Of a stretch of DNA of 24,025 nucleotides, positions 1-10,915 are shown one piece after another. Position 1 is the stretch's first letter. Every line of letters begins with the position of its first letter. This stretch comes from Ginkgo biloba (lineage: Eukaryota > Plantae > Ginkgophyta), in NCBI GenBank assembly GCA_024626585.2, contig JANKJI020000001.1:5085766-5109790 (forward strand), given 5' to 3'. Made by a program: the position numbers and the translations under genes. The notes under the pieces were generated by a model that saw nothing but the letters and a program-made list of their open reading frames with translations, ran no database searches and was not told the origin of the DNA.

Positions 1-559
1 TCCCCCAATTTAGGCATCCATAACATTACATGGGACCTATACTTTCCTCAATAGTTTGAGTATAGTAAACTTCCCTTCTACCGATATTTCACAAAGCTAG
101 ATTGTATGCGATTCCCAAGTTAGCTAGAATCAAGGATTGCTTGCATTCTACTTGGGTGACATAACTAAGTTGTAAAGCGAAGCTAGATTTGAACCATCAT
201 AGGCATATTGCCAATGAGTTTATAGTCCATCCTCATTAACCACTCATGCATTGACCCAAGAACAATCAATTGAAAGTCTTTGGAATACTTATTAGTGTGT
301 GCAACCTTGTTTAGATGATTGATCGACCACTTTCTTCCTATAATTATTTGTGTCATGGTTATCCATTTGATAGTTTGCACACCACTTTATCTTACTATTT
401 CAACTCTCTTTTAATTATTTTATTTTGGACTATAGTTGGGACACCTGATCTTTGAGTGGATCACCAATCCTCCAAGGGGGATCTTTTTGAGTCAACCTAC
501 TTAACTGTATCTCCTGTATCTATTATCGAGATGATCCATCTATTCTTTCCATTCACTTA

Positions 560-1040
560 TAATAGTAAATCCTGCCCTCTCCATATGCAATTGAGTCTCA
601 ACATCTCAAGGCATTTCTTTTGCCTTTTGAAACTCCTTTAATGGGTGGTGTTAAACCTTCTCTAATCAAGTTGATAAAAAGATTTGGATAAATTATTCTA
701 TCAATAGGGGATCTACATCTGTCATCTTTACATCCAACTTTGACAATAATACATTCAATCAACCCTCATAATCCTTGACGATACTTTGTGCATATATTTT
801 ATAGACATCAATTCTTAGATAATTATCCCCAGGTCTCTAAGCACCTTAAGTCTATCAAATAATGCACCCCTAAACTCATAATAATACATGTAGCTAAAAT
901 TGGCACTAGTATACCACAAGATTCTCTGCTAAGAGTTAACATAAATTGTTGTCTTAACTCATCTTCCTTTGTAAAATTTTTCATCTCGGCCATAGAGTTA
1001 AATAAATTCAAATGGTCTAACAGGTTCGAACTCCCATAAT
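560..1040 (-). mobile_element. Degenerate Ty3/gypsy gag remnant
   Basis: Minus-strand translation across frameshifts gives DHLNLFNSMAEMKNFTKEDELRQQFMLTLSRE.. / ..LFDRLKVLRDLGIII*ELMSIK.. / LFINLIREGLTPPIK, which follows the order of retrotransposon capsid motifs. It contains stops and frameshifts. Confidence 0.6.
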
Positions 1041-2369
1041 AATTNNNNNNNNNNNNNNNNNNNNNNNNNNNNNNNNNNNNNNNNNNNNNNNNNNNNNNNN
1101 NNNNNNNNNNNNNNNNNNNNNNNNNNNNNNNNNNNNNNNNNNNNNNNNNNNNNNNNNNNNNNNNNNNNNNNNNNNNNNNNNNNNNNNNNNNNNNNNNNNN
1201 NNNNNNNNNNNNNNNNNNNNNNNNNNNNNNNNNNNNNNNNNNNNNNNNNNNNNNNNNNNNNNNNNNNNNNNNNNNNNNNNNNNNNNNNNNNNNNNNNNNN
1301 NNNNNNNNNNNNNNNNNNNNNNNNNNNNNNNNNNNNNNNNNNNNNNNNNNNNNNNNNNNNNNNNNNNNNNNNNNNNNNNNNNNNNNNNNNNNNNNNNNNN
1401 NNNNNNNNNNNNNNNNNNNNNNNNNNNNNNNNNNNNNNNNNNNNNNNNNNNNNNNNNNNNNNNNNNNNNNNNNNNNNNNNNNNNNNNNNNNNNNNNNNNN
1501 NNNNNNNNNNNNNNNNNNNNNNNNNNNNNNNNNNNNNNNNNNNNNNNNNNNNNNNNNNNNNNNNNNNNNNNNNNNNNNNNNNNNNNNNNNNNNNNNNNNN
1601 NNNNNNNNNNNNNNNNNNNNNNNNNNNNNNNNNNNNNNNNNNNNNNNNNNNNNNNNNNNNNNNNNNNNNNNNNNNNNNNNNNNNNNNNNNNNNNNNNNNN
1701 NNNNNNNNNNNNNNNNTGCTACAAATGGATATTACTAATAGATGGCTGGATTGTGCTCTCTTTGCTGTCGACTCTACTATACCTAGTTAGACTATCTTAA
1801 AAATAATTATATAATTCTATTTATCACTATCGACCTACTACATTATTATATAATTACCTTACTAGCAATAACTACTTCACCATCAAAACTTGCTTAGTAA
1901 GATAATTAGTATACAAAGTTCTCGGTCAGATTTTAACACTTAGAAAACTTTTGAGTCTATTTCCCTAATTAAGAAAGAAAACTATATTACAAACAAGGAG
2001 GGAATATTTTCATTAATAAATTGGAGGCAAAAGTGGGGAGAAACACAAAAAATTAGGGAACATAGCTCATAATGTGCCTAATACACCTTTGAGATGGCAT
2101 TGGCATTACTAACTACAAGTAGTTGATCATTAGCAAGCAACACTGCATCATATTGAGAAGATGGTGCTACTAGATGGTACACATACACTAGGCCCTATTG
2201 GAGCAGAGCTAGGAATCCATAATTTGGGATAGAATTTTTCACTCCTTGAGTAGGTAGTCCATGAACATGCACATATCAAATCTCAAGAGATTGCATAATT
2301 AGAGGAGGGTTAATAGGCTATTGATTAACCTACATTACCATGGAATATGTTGACCTAGTTGGATCTCTT

Positions 2370-3168
2370 CTTAGAGACTGGCCTTTCCTATCACCATACA
2401 CTTGGTATATACTACAATGCTCATTGCTAGTGGGGTATTGATCTAGCATATATTCACCTTAGTAATTTAGGTAATAAGGGAGATACCTATAATTCTCTCT
2501 AAAATGGCCATTCACTTGACAATACATATAGAAAGTCATAGGGTCATTAGTAGTGTATTGTATTTCCCCTCATGTGTCAACATGATCACCCCACCATTTG
2601 TATCCTCTACATCCCCTCTAGACATACTAACAAGGTGCACACTCTTTTTGATTGGGTGGCTAGTTATCTTTCTATTATTGTGGTGCTACTGATACATTAG
2701 GGGGTTGTTAATATTCATTCCCCTGTTGACCTTATTGTTTCTAATTCCTTTATCTAACTTGATTATCCCATAAAAGATAAAAAATTAGTTTGTTTCTTCT
2801 CATTGAAAGATCATCATATTCTTAATTGACATAGGAGGAGCAGGTATGCTTCCTAGCACTGGCATTAGCAGAGGCTAAGGAAAACCAAACTATAATGTAG
2901 GTATAATTTGAATAGTATAAACTAGGTATGGATCTGAGACCAAATCATATACTGAGGTTAAGGACCCTAAGGTTGTCTAAAGGTTGTAAAATAATGATCC
3001 CATACTCTAGGATCTCTCCAGGAGACAAAATTCAGGTCATCTTAGAATGTAGATAGTAGAAATTTCTTTCTCCAAGTTCTTTGGCTTATTCCACCACAAA
3101 TCCCATTATATTGTAGCATTAAGACCATTCTCAAAATAAGCTAACGGGGTTTGTTCATTCACTTATGA
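2370..3168 (-). mobile_element. Second degenerate gag remnant (capsid C-terminus and decayed zinc knuckle)
   Basis: Minus strand at about 3040-3165 reads VNEQTPLAYFENGLNATI*WDLWWNKPKNLEKEI (gag-type F-x-x-G-L...P-K-x-L-E-x-A-I). Near 2380-2425 it reads EHCSIYQVYGDRK, resembling a decayed CCHC knuckle. Confidence 0.45.
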
Positions 3169-3311
3169 NNNNNNNNNNNNNNNNNNNNNNNNNNNNNNNN
3201 NNNNNNNNNNNNNNNNNNNNNNNNNNNNNNNNNNNNNNNNNNNNNNNNNNNNNNNNNNNNNNNNNNNNTAAGATTCCTTAATTCTTTGGGTAAGAGGAGG
3301 CACATGATCAT

Positions 3312-3620
3312 GGAGGGGAATACATGAAAAATTCTAATTCATTAGATATCTTGTCAGCCACTACTATAGCCCTTAGTGAGCCAAAGGGACCTAACCAAGG
3401 AAGGGAAGGCATATTCTTAAGATTTTCTAATTCCCTGAATAACAGGTAATGCATGAATACAGAAGGAATATGTGAGGAATGCTAATTCATTAGATGTATT
3501 TTCACTCACTTGATTGGCCCTTGGTGAGATGAAGTGACCCAATAAGGGAAGGGAAGGAATATTCTTGAGATTTCCTAATTTCTTAGCTAATGATAAGTGC
3601 ACAACCAGGGAAGGGAGTAT
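3312..3620. repeat. Diverged tandem repeat, period 148 bp, about 2 copies
   Basis: CTAATTCATTAGAT occurs at 3334 and 3482, and GGGAAGG(C/A)ATATTCTT(A/G)AGATTT at 3403 and 3551. Both offsets are 148. Confidence 0.8.
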
Positions 3621-4029
3621 GTAGTAGATGTTAGTTTGTTGTTAGGGTTATGTATGGAGAAGATTAATGACAAAAGATAAAATAAGGTCAATTACTCTTT
3701 AAATGAGGATGATTCTAATTGAAATATTTTTTAATTCACCTCAAGACAAAATTCAACTCAATAATAATTCATCCATTGCCATATCTACTTTTCATGTGGA
3801 GAACTTGTGTCTTCTTCTACCCAATATTTTGACTAAGGAATGCATTTTACCTCCTACTCTTAATNNNNNNNNNNNNNNNNNNNNNNNNNNNNNNNNNNNN
3901 NNNNNNNNNNNNNNNNNNNNNNNNNNNNNNNNNNNNNNNNNNNNNNNNNNNNNNNNNNNNNNNNNNNNNNNNNNNNNNNNNNNNNNNNNCAATCCCTTTA
4001 CTATTAGCTCTAAAATATATTTGTATGGA

Positions 4030-4400
4030 ATCATGATAAACTATATAGAATGGACCCTACCCTTATTTATCATCATATAGATACCAATCCTAATTCTAGG
4101 CCCATATGTCAAATCATAGACTAGACAATTTATAATTAGCTACGACCATCAAGAATGGAACTTATAAGCTTACATATTCCTATTGTATCTTCCACATTAT
4201 GTACACTAAGTGTGTAGTCAACATTCTCCTTGTCATGAAAAAAGAATGCATCTATCCATATCTATGTGTATTTTATAGACCTCAACAAGGCCTATCTAAA
4301 GGATAATTTCCCTATTCCATTCATAGACAATATTGTTGATTCCATGGATGGGCATGATATCCTATCCCCCATGGATAATTTTTTTTAATGAAATAAAATC
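4030..4400 (+). mobile_element. Ty3/gypsy reverse transcriptase N-terminal remnant (Tat/Ogre-like)
   Basis: From 4266 it reads VYFIDLNKAYLKDNFPIPFIDNIVDSMDGHDILSPMD, matching the gypsy RT motif CVDFRDLNKACPKDNFPxPFIDQIVDxxxGHExLSFMD. Upstream it reads MDPTLIYHHIDTNPNSRPICQ and YTKCVVNILLVMKK. The YxDD core is not visible. Confidence 0.9.
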
Positions 4401-4984
4401 CTTACTATTGAGAACTTGAGGGAACACTAGTTATAATTTTTTTAAAACACGTGTGTAGGTATTATAAATAATAATTATAAAAGAACCTTTATCTCCCTTT
4501 TACCCCTTTCCTCTAAGTAGTAATTATACATTTTGTTAATAAATAATATACTTATTTTATATTGATTTTGTACAAATTCTTGATTAAACCCNNNNNNNNN
4601 NNNNNNNNNNNNNNNNNNNNNNNNNNNNNNNNNNNNNNNNNNNNNNNNNNNNNNNNNNNTACCCTTTTATTTATTTAATATTGGTGATACCTATCAAAAT
4701 TCCATGATAAGAGCATTTCATGATTTATGTCCTTAGTATGTTAATGCTTTTTTGGATAGGTTGAGTTTCAATCCATATAAATGTTAAGATCATTTTAATA
4801 TTTTGAAAATGTTTTTTTATTAATCTATCATGTACTACATTAGTCTTAATCCTCATGAGTATGATCTNNNNNNNNNNNNNNNNNNNNNNNNNNNNNNNNN
4901 NNNNNNNNNNNNNNNNNNNNNNNNNNNNNNNNNNNNNNNNNNNNNNNNNNNNNNNNNNNNNNNNCCCTTGTTAATATCTATAAA

Positions 4985-5440
4985 TTCAAATATTTTCTAA
5001 GAAATATTGGGTGCATAAGGAGGCTTAGAGAATATTTTACCAAGAGTTCCCTCCCCTTATACTAGTTGGCTACATCCAAAACTATTTTTACATGGGATAA
5101 GAAAGCTAAAAAGGCATTTGATAATGTTAAATATACACTTATATCTACTCCAATCCTTACATGGCTATGTTTAATTAAGGATTTATCGTGTAAATTTCAT
5201 CTTTAAACATTTCCATTAGTGGGGTTCTTATGTAAGAGGATGCATCTTAATCATTGATCGATTATGAGCTGAATTATCCATTGATTGATAGGTAATTACT
5301 TATAAGTGTTTATGTTATGAAGAGAATTAGACATTGAATGCTTCATAGCCACACCAACATTATTCTTTTGTTTAATCCTCTAAAGTATCTCCTAAAAAAA
5401 ATGACCTTATCTAGCTATTTTGGTCATTGCATTGTTCTTG
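4985..5440 (+). mobile_element. Ty3/gypsy RT thumb/connection and RNase H-like remnant
   Basis: Reads FLRNIGCIRRLREYFTKSSLPLY*LATSKTIFTWDKKAKKAFDNVKYTLISTPIL, then SISGVLM, YELNYPLIDR*LLISVYVMKRIRH and NPLKYL. This is colinear with gypsy pol downstream of the RT remnant. Confidence 0.8.
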
Positions 5441-7619
5441 TAAGAAGACGTGTTATCATGGTTACACAATTAACATTCTTATAAAAGGCACTCATATTTA
5501 TAGTGGTAACCTTTATAATCCTTATAATAAACTTTCATATGGCTTTGTTCTCTTTTAATTCAATTACAAGTGTATAGTACATCTTCACCCATACGAAGGA
5601 GATGCAATTATGGGCCTGAGTATGCCACAACTTCCTATATGGGTAGTTATTGCATGAGGTATAACTCCTTAAATAACAAACAATTGTATAGTTTCATAAG
5701 GTGTTATGATGATAATATTATGGAGGACATAAGAAGGAGAACCTTTTAAACTATTAGAATATAATTAATATTTACATGTTGTAATCGGGGTGAAAACCAA
5801 ATGTTGTGATACCTAAGTCATAAATAAGGTCAACATGTCATAGGGTTGAGTCATCCTTAGGTCAATCCCTAGGTTGACATGTGTCAGGAGTTACTGGACA
5901 AGTGGCATGCCCATAAACAATCGTTACAAGTTGTAAAATATATTTATACATGTTGAGGTTATGTACATATTATGAAGAGTTAATAAAATTGAAGGTAGAC
6001 AAATTCTACCAAATTTTTGGTGTTCTATATCTATATTTATGGATATTAGACCAANNNNNNNNNNNNNNNNNNNNNNNNNNNNNNNNNNNNNNNNNNNNNN
6101 NNNNNNNNNNNNNNNNNNNNNNNNNNNNNNNNNNNNNNNNNNNNNNNNNNNNNNATCTCAATTGGGTCACATACTTGTAGTAGTTCAATATTATTATCGA
6201 GAATTTTCACATTGGGAACTACTATACTTGGAAGAATTTTCAATCCCTGATTTCAGTTTCTGACTCTTACGAAACCATGTTATATAGACTCTTATCTATC
6301 ATACCTCAAGATATTCAGTTTAATGCACATCCCTTAAATACTAGACCTTGGTGGGTTCACTGGTACTAACACCCTAAAACTCCCTTTTTGCATTATATGT
6401 TCAGAAATGATCCAAACTACTCAAGCCCTATATAGATTTGGGTGAATGGTACAACCATATTTGAAAAATGCCTAATCTTATGCATGCATGGAAAATAAGA
6501 TGGAAAGTAGTATGGAGTATGAATGCAAAAGAAATAAAGGAATAATTTACTTGATTGTTAATTCATAATGGTATGTGAGTTAGAGTTAGAGTGGCCAAAA
6601 TAAGAGTTCTGATAGTTCTTTAAGGAAGAGAATCCCTTTCACGTTTTTTAAAATTATAGACAAGTGAAGCTGACGTGATAATTTATTGATCTTATCATTT
6701 AATTGTGTAAATTCCAACCTCTCGCTTGGTATATGGCCTTACTGAGGGATGCATATGATCTAGATGTGGGTTTTACTAATACATGGCATATTGTCAAGGT
6801 TGAGCTCGTGGACCATTTGGAAAAGTAGAAATGAGGCAATCTTTAATGATATTGTCTTTTCTAACCTTAGAATGTACTATTATTTTATCTTGTTGTATGT
6901 GCTTTATTCTGAGATGTAGATGAGACTAGAGTCACATACTTTAGATGCAAGCACGATTAAAACATGTTGTAGAGGATTAGAGACATGCACTTTGCCAAGA
7001 CTCCTCTGGCGTGGTTGGTTAGGAAGGATTTCCATTTTGTTATGCATAATTATTTGAACATTACTAGACACTCATCTCCTATAGTTTAGAGAGATTGCTA
7101 TTAGCATCATCATATATCTTATTGCTCNNNNNNNNNNNNNNNNNNNNNNNNNNNNNNNNNNNNNNNNNNNNNNNNNNNNNNNNNNNNNNNNNNNNNNNNN
7201 NNNNNNNNNNNNNNNNNNNNNNNNNNNNNNNNNNNNNNNNCAAGGCTCAGGAAAGTCCTTAGGTTAGATTTGAATCACTCTATGCAAGTATCAAATGAGG
7301 TAGAGTGGCCATTAAGTATAGATAACTTGTTTATATATGGTTGATTGTATAACTTTCATCAATTTTTGTTCTATACCTGCATGTGGTAATGATTGAGGTG
7401 GACATGTCGCAATCACTTATAATTTTAATTATGTTATAAATTATACTAGTAGAAAGTTTGATGTGTGTCAATATAAGGTGCCTATACTCTTTTATGAGGA
7501 CCCCATGAAGTTTTTAGTAATTTCTAATTATTTTTGTATACAAATATGCCTCACTTAAACGCCAACAACCCAAAAAAAACAAAAAACAAAAAAGTCTAAA
7601 TGACTATGGTATAACCACC

Positions 7620-7865
7620 TCCGTGTGTCCATCGATTTCCTCCACACGGTCAAGTGGAAGCTAACATTTTTAATTATTAAAAAGCACAGGCTTCCAGTTG
7701 TTATCGTCTTTTTATTCGTCTTCCAATTTGGCAGTCTTCGTTATAATAGATTCAAAACTTGGATGTGCCTTGAAGGTAGTGGATGGCATCTCTATCGTCG
7801 AAAAATACACTTTCAATTTATAAATGTCCTCAAATTTTAAGAGAGTCCGTCCTCCGTCTCCGTCG
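7620..7865 (+). promoter_or_regulatory. Probable core promoter of the DUF1644 gene
   Basis: TATAAAT at 7819-7825 is followed about 20-40 nt later by a pyrimidine patch (TCCGTCCTCCGTCTCCGTC). CpG density rises sharply from about 7620 to 8700 relative to the CpG-depleted TE flanks. Confidence 0.6.
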
Positions 7866-8056
7866 TGCAGCTCTCACCTTTGGCAATTCAGAGGGAACAT
7901 AGTCCGTCGAAACCGGGGAAATCCCAGAAAAATTCAGAGAAATACGAAGTATCTAGGGTTCGAAGTCTGCTGCTACCTTTGGTGGGGGGCAATCTGAAGG
8001 GATTCAACTTACTGATCGTCATCGTCTGTCTCTATCGGAATATTGTCCGATCGAAG
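7845..8056 (+). other. Probable non-coding first (5'-UTR) exon
   Basis: Lies downstream of the TATA box, is CpG-rich and ends at a strong donor AAG|GTAAGG (GT at 8057). The start is estimated from the TATA position. Confidence 0.6.
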
Positions 8057-9162
8057 GTAAGGATTTTCTTTTGCATGAGTAAAATGATAAAATTCGCCGA
8101 AATTTTTTCTTTTCCATTAACCGTGATATAGATGATCGGGTATCTCAGTAATTATGTGAGTTGCATTTCTCACCACAATTCGATGGTTAGATATTAGAGG
8201 GAAAACAGCTCAATAATTTTTTTCGCCCGTCAAATGTATGGACCCCGTACCAAATTTCCATCTTTTCATCTGTAACCAGGTCAATTTTAGGTGCGGGGTG
8301 AATTCCATGGCCACGATACACTTTATATGCAGCGTAAATTTCCGGGCTAGGGTATAAATTTAAATCATTTGATTTTTATAGTTCTATGTTTTTTTAGTTT
8401 GTAGGGTTAACCAATTGAAATTTCCGTTTTAGACAATAGGAATTGGAGTCTTAGCGCAAAATTACAGNNNNNNNNNNNNNNNNNNNNNNNNNNNNNNNNN
8501 NNNNNNNNNNNNNNNNGCTCGTCTCTACCAACCAATGATTTACTAAGTCAACGAAATATTGTTTGGTGCGGCCGGTCAGCATCAAAATCCAAGCGTGGAT
8601 GGCACACTGCATTTTATTTTGTTGGTGGAATGTTTTCCATATTACTTTGTTGCAATTTTCGTTTCTTTTGGTTGGGTCATGGCGTGTCCTACCCTAAGTC
8701 ACCAGATTCGCCATTGTTTTGTTAGCCAGCTTTAATTTATGGTTAAGGGATTCTATTTCATGGTATATTTTGTTTTGCTGTTTCGACAACTTTCAATGTT
8801 TCGATCTGAAACACTGCAGTACCATTTTGAGAATGCAGTATTCTGTGCTGCAGATCATATTTATGTCATCTTCATTGGGATGCATATGAATCAGTCACAT
8901 ACACAAATTGTAATTAAACATTTTTGTTAGAACAGGGAAGCATTCTGTTGTATGTCATTTACATTGGATTGCTTATGAAAGAGTAACATATACATGTATT
9001 GTAATTAAACATTTTCATTAGCACAGTTAAGCATTTTGTTGAAACTTTTGCTTACTGTTTTTATCTAGCTATCTAGCAGCAATGAAAATTATTGTGAGAC
9101 ATTTTTGCTTGCCATTATTTTTCATGTAATAATGAAGAATATTGTTCTGTCTGACATTTTAG
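8057..9162 (+). other. Probable 5'-UTR intron
   Basis: Begins GTAAGG at 8057, has a T-rich body and ends CTGACATTTTAG| at 9162, 13 nt before the ATG at 9176 (context GCAAAATGC). Additional internal exons cannot be excluded. Confidence 0.65.
8862..9041. repeat. Diverged ~89-bp tandem duplication inside the 5'-UTR intron
   Basis: 8862-8950 (TATGTCATCTTCATTGG...ATTGTAATTAAACATTTT...AAGCATTCTGTTG) aligns with 8951-9041 (TATGTCATTTACATTGG...ATTGTAATTAAACATTTT...AAGCATTTTGTTG). Confidence 0.85.
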
Positions 9163-9175
9163 GCCGTGAAGCAAA

Positions 9176-10366
9176 ATGCCTAAGGATAGAAGTAACCATG
9201 CATTGTTAATGCGGAGGTCCAGAGAATTATCTCCTTACTCTCTCGGCTCGTGTCAATGTTCTGACAAGGGGATGCTGCAAATAAATTCCTCTCAGGCAGG
9301 AGAATCTATGTCGATGAATGATTGGGAAGATGCTGTCTGTCCCATATGTATGAATCCTCCACATAATGCGGTTCTCCTTTTATGCTCTTCTTATGATAAG
9401 GGATGCCGCCCTTATATGTGTGACACCAGCTACCGGCACTCAAATTGTCTTGATCAATTCAGGAAAGCGTATTCAGCATCAGCAATGACAACTTTATCAG
9501 GTAGTTCGGATCATTCTCTAGAAGTCTATGCTTACCCAAGTCCAGAACCCTTGGCCCTTACAAGATCAGCAGGTGGGAATTTGGAAAGAGAGCATTTGGT
9601 TTCAGAGTTGGACACATCTCCATATTCCAGATCGGTGGTTTCCAACAGTGAAGATGTATCTTTGGATGAAGGCTTAGAACCTGATGCAGAGGTGGGTTTG
9701 AATAGAACATGCATAAAACAGGAAGTGCCAGGGTTAGTTTGCCCTCTTTGTAGAGGAAAAGTTAAAGGGTGGACAACTGTGGATTCTGCTCGCAAATATT
9801 TAAATGCAAAGGCAAGGAGCTGTGCTCAAGAGTCATGTTCATCTGTTGGGACTTATGAAGAGCTTCGAAAGCATGCCAGACTAGTACACCCGCTTGCTCG
9901 GCCCTCAGAAATAGATCCTGATCAGCAGCGAAATTGGCGAAGATTGGAGCAACAACGTGACCTTGGTGACGTGCTCAGCAACATCAGATCGGCAATGCCT
10001 GGAGCCATGGTTCTTGGAGACTATGTGATTGAGGGTGACAATATTGAAAATGAAGGTGATGACATGGACTTCCCAGGTGATGAGGGCAATTGGTTGACTG
10101 TTTTTCTTCTCTTTCAGGTATTTGAACCAGCTGCCAATTTTTCATCTAGCAGAAATAGCAATTTAAGATGGAGAGGTCTTGCAAGGGGCCTTCGCCGACT
10201 GGGAACAGATCCAACTGTGAGGCAAAATCTGTGGGGAGAGAATTTTGAAGGCGATGTTGGTGCTGAGGGTAACATGACTGTGAGCAGTGATGCTGGAGAA
10301 AATACTGGGGTTTCCACCAGCAGGAGGCGTAGAAGTCGGCGCAGGTCGCAGAGTGACTTGATATGA
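9176..10366 (+). CDS. DUF1644-family plant zinc-finger protein (family of rice SIDP366/SGL), 396 aa, single coding exon
   Basis: Family signatures present: WEDAVCPICMNPPHNAVLLLCSSYDKGCRPYMCDTSYRHSNCLDQF, LVCPLCRGKVKGWT, ARKYLNAKARSCAQESC..GTYEELRKHARLVHP and WRRLEQQRDLGDVLSNIRSAMPGAMVLGDYVIE. The Arg-rich C-terminus is NLS-like. Confidence 0.95.
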   Translation: MPKDRSNHALLMRRSRELSPYSLGSCQCSDKGMLQINSSQAGESMSMNDWEDAVCPICMNPPHNAVLLLCSSYDKGCRPYMCDTSYRHSNCLDQFRKAYSASAMTTLSGSSDHSLEVYAYPSPEPLALTRSAGGNLEREHLVSELDTSPYSRSVVSNSEDVSLDEGLEPDAEVGLNRTCIKQEVPGLVCPLCRGKVKGWTTVDSARKYLNAKARSCAQESCSSVGTYEELRKHARLVHPLARPSEIDPDQQRNWRRLEQQRDLGDVLSNIRSAMPGAMVLGDYVIEGDNIENEGDDMDFPGDEGNWLTVFLLFQVFEPAANFSSSRNSNLRWRGLARGLRRLGTDPTVRQNLWGENFEGDVGAEGNMTVSSDAGENTGVSTSRRRRSRRRSQSDLI

Positions 10367-10915
10367 ATGTTTACTTGTTCTATCTACATTTGGATATGAA
10401 CTTTGAAGTAAAATAAACTTTGTTGGCAGTCAACAATGGTTGCGAATGTGTATACCTATTCACATTTTCTCTTTTCGGGACTTGCAATGGATTTAGATTA
10501 TAATGGCAGTTTGACTTTGGCAAGGATTTATTCATTGCTTTCTTGTGGGATTGGATTGGCAATCCTTTAGATTTACATTATATATAGTCGTTTGTTTTCT
10601 ACATTCCAAGAGTGAGAGGCTCCTCTGCAAGAAGAGTTCCAAAGCTGCTAGGTGGGATATATTATACATGAATCACAAGGGAGAGTCAACATGTAAAACA
10701 GTAAGTTTTCTTATGTCTAATTTTCTTCGACATGTTAATGATTTACATCAAGCTGCATGAGTCTGTTTGCATTAGCAACATTGATAGAAATGCCATTAGA
10801 GGGGCCAATATGATCNNNNNNNNNNNNNNNNNNNNNNNNNNNNNNNNNNNNNNNNNNNNNNNNNNNNNNNNNNNNNNNNNNNNNNNNNNNNNNNNNNNNN
10901 NNNNNNNNNNNNNNN

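Noticed and set aside
7625-8131. ORFs 7625-7840 and 7865-8131 as genes or uORFs
   Set aside because: They have GTG starts and no recognisable motifs. They overlap the promoter, or run through the splice donor at 8057.
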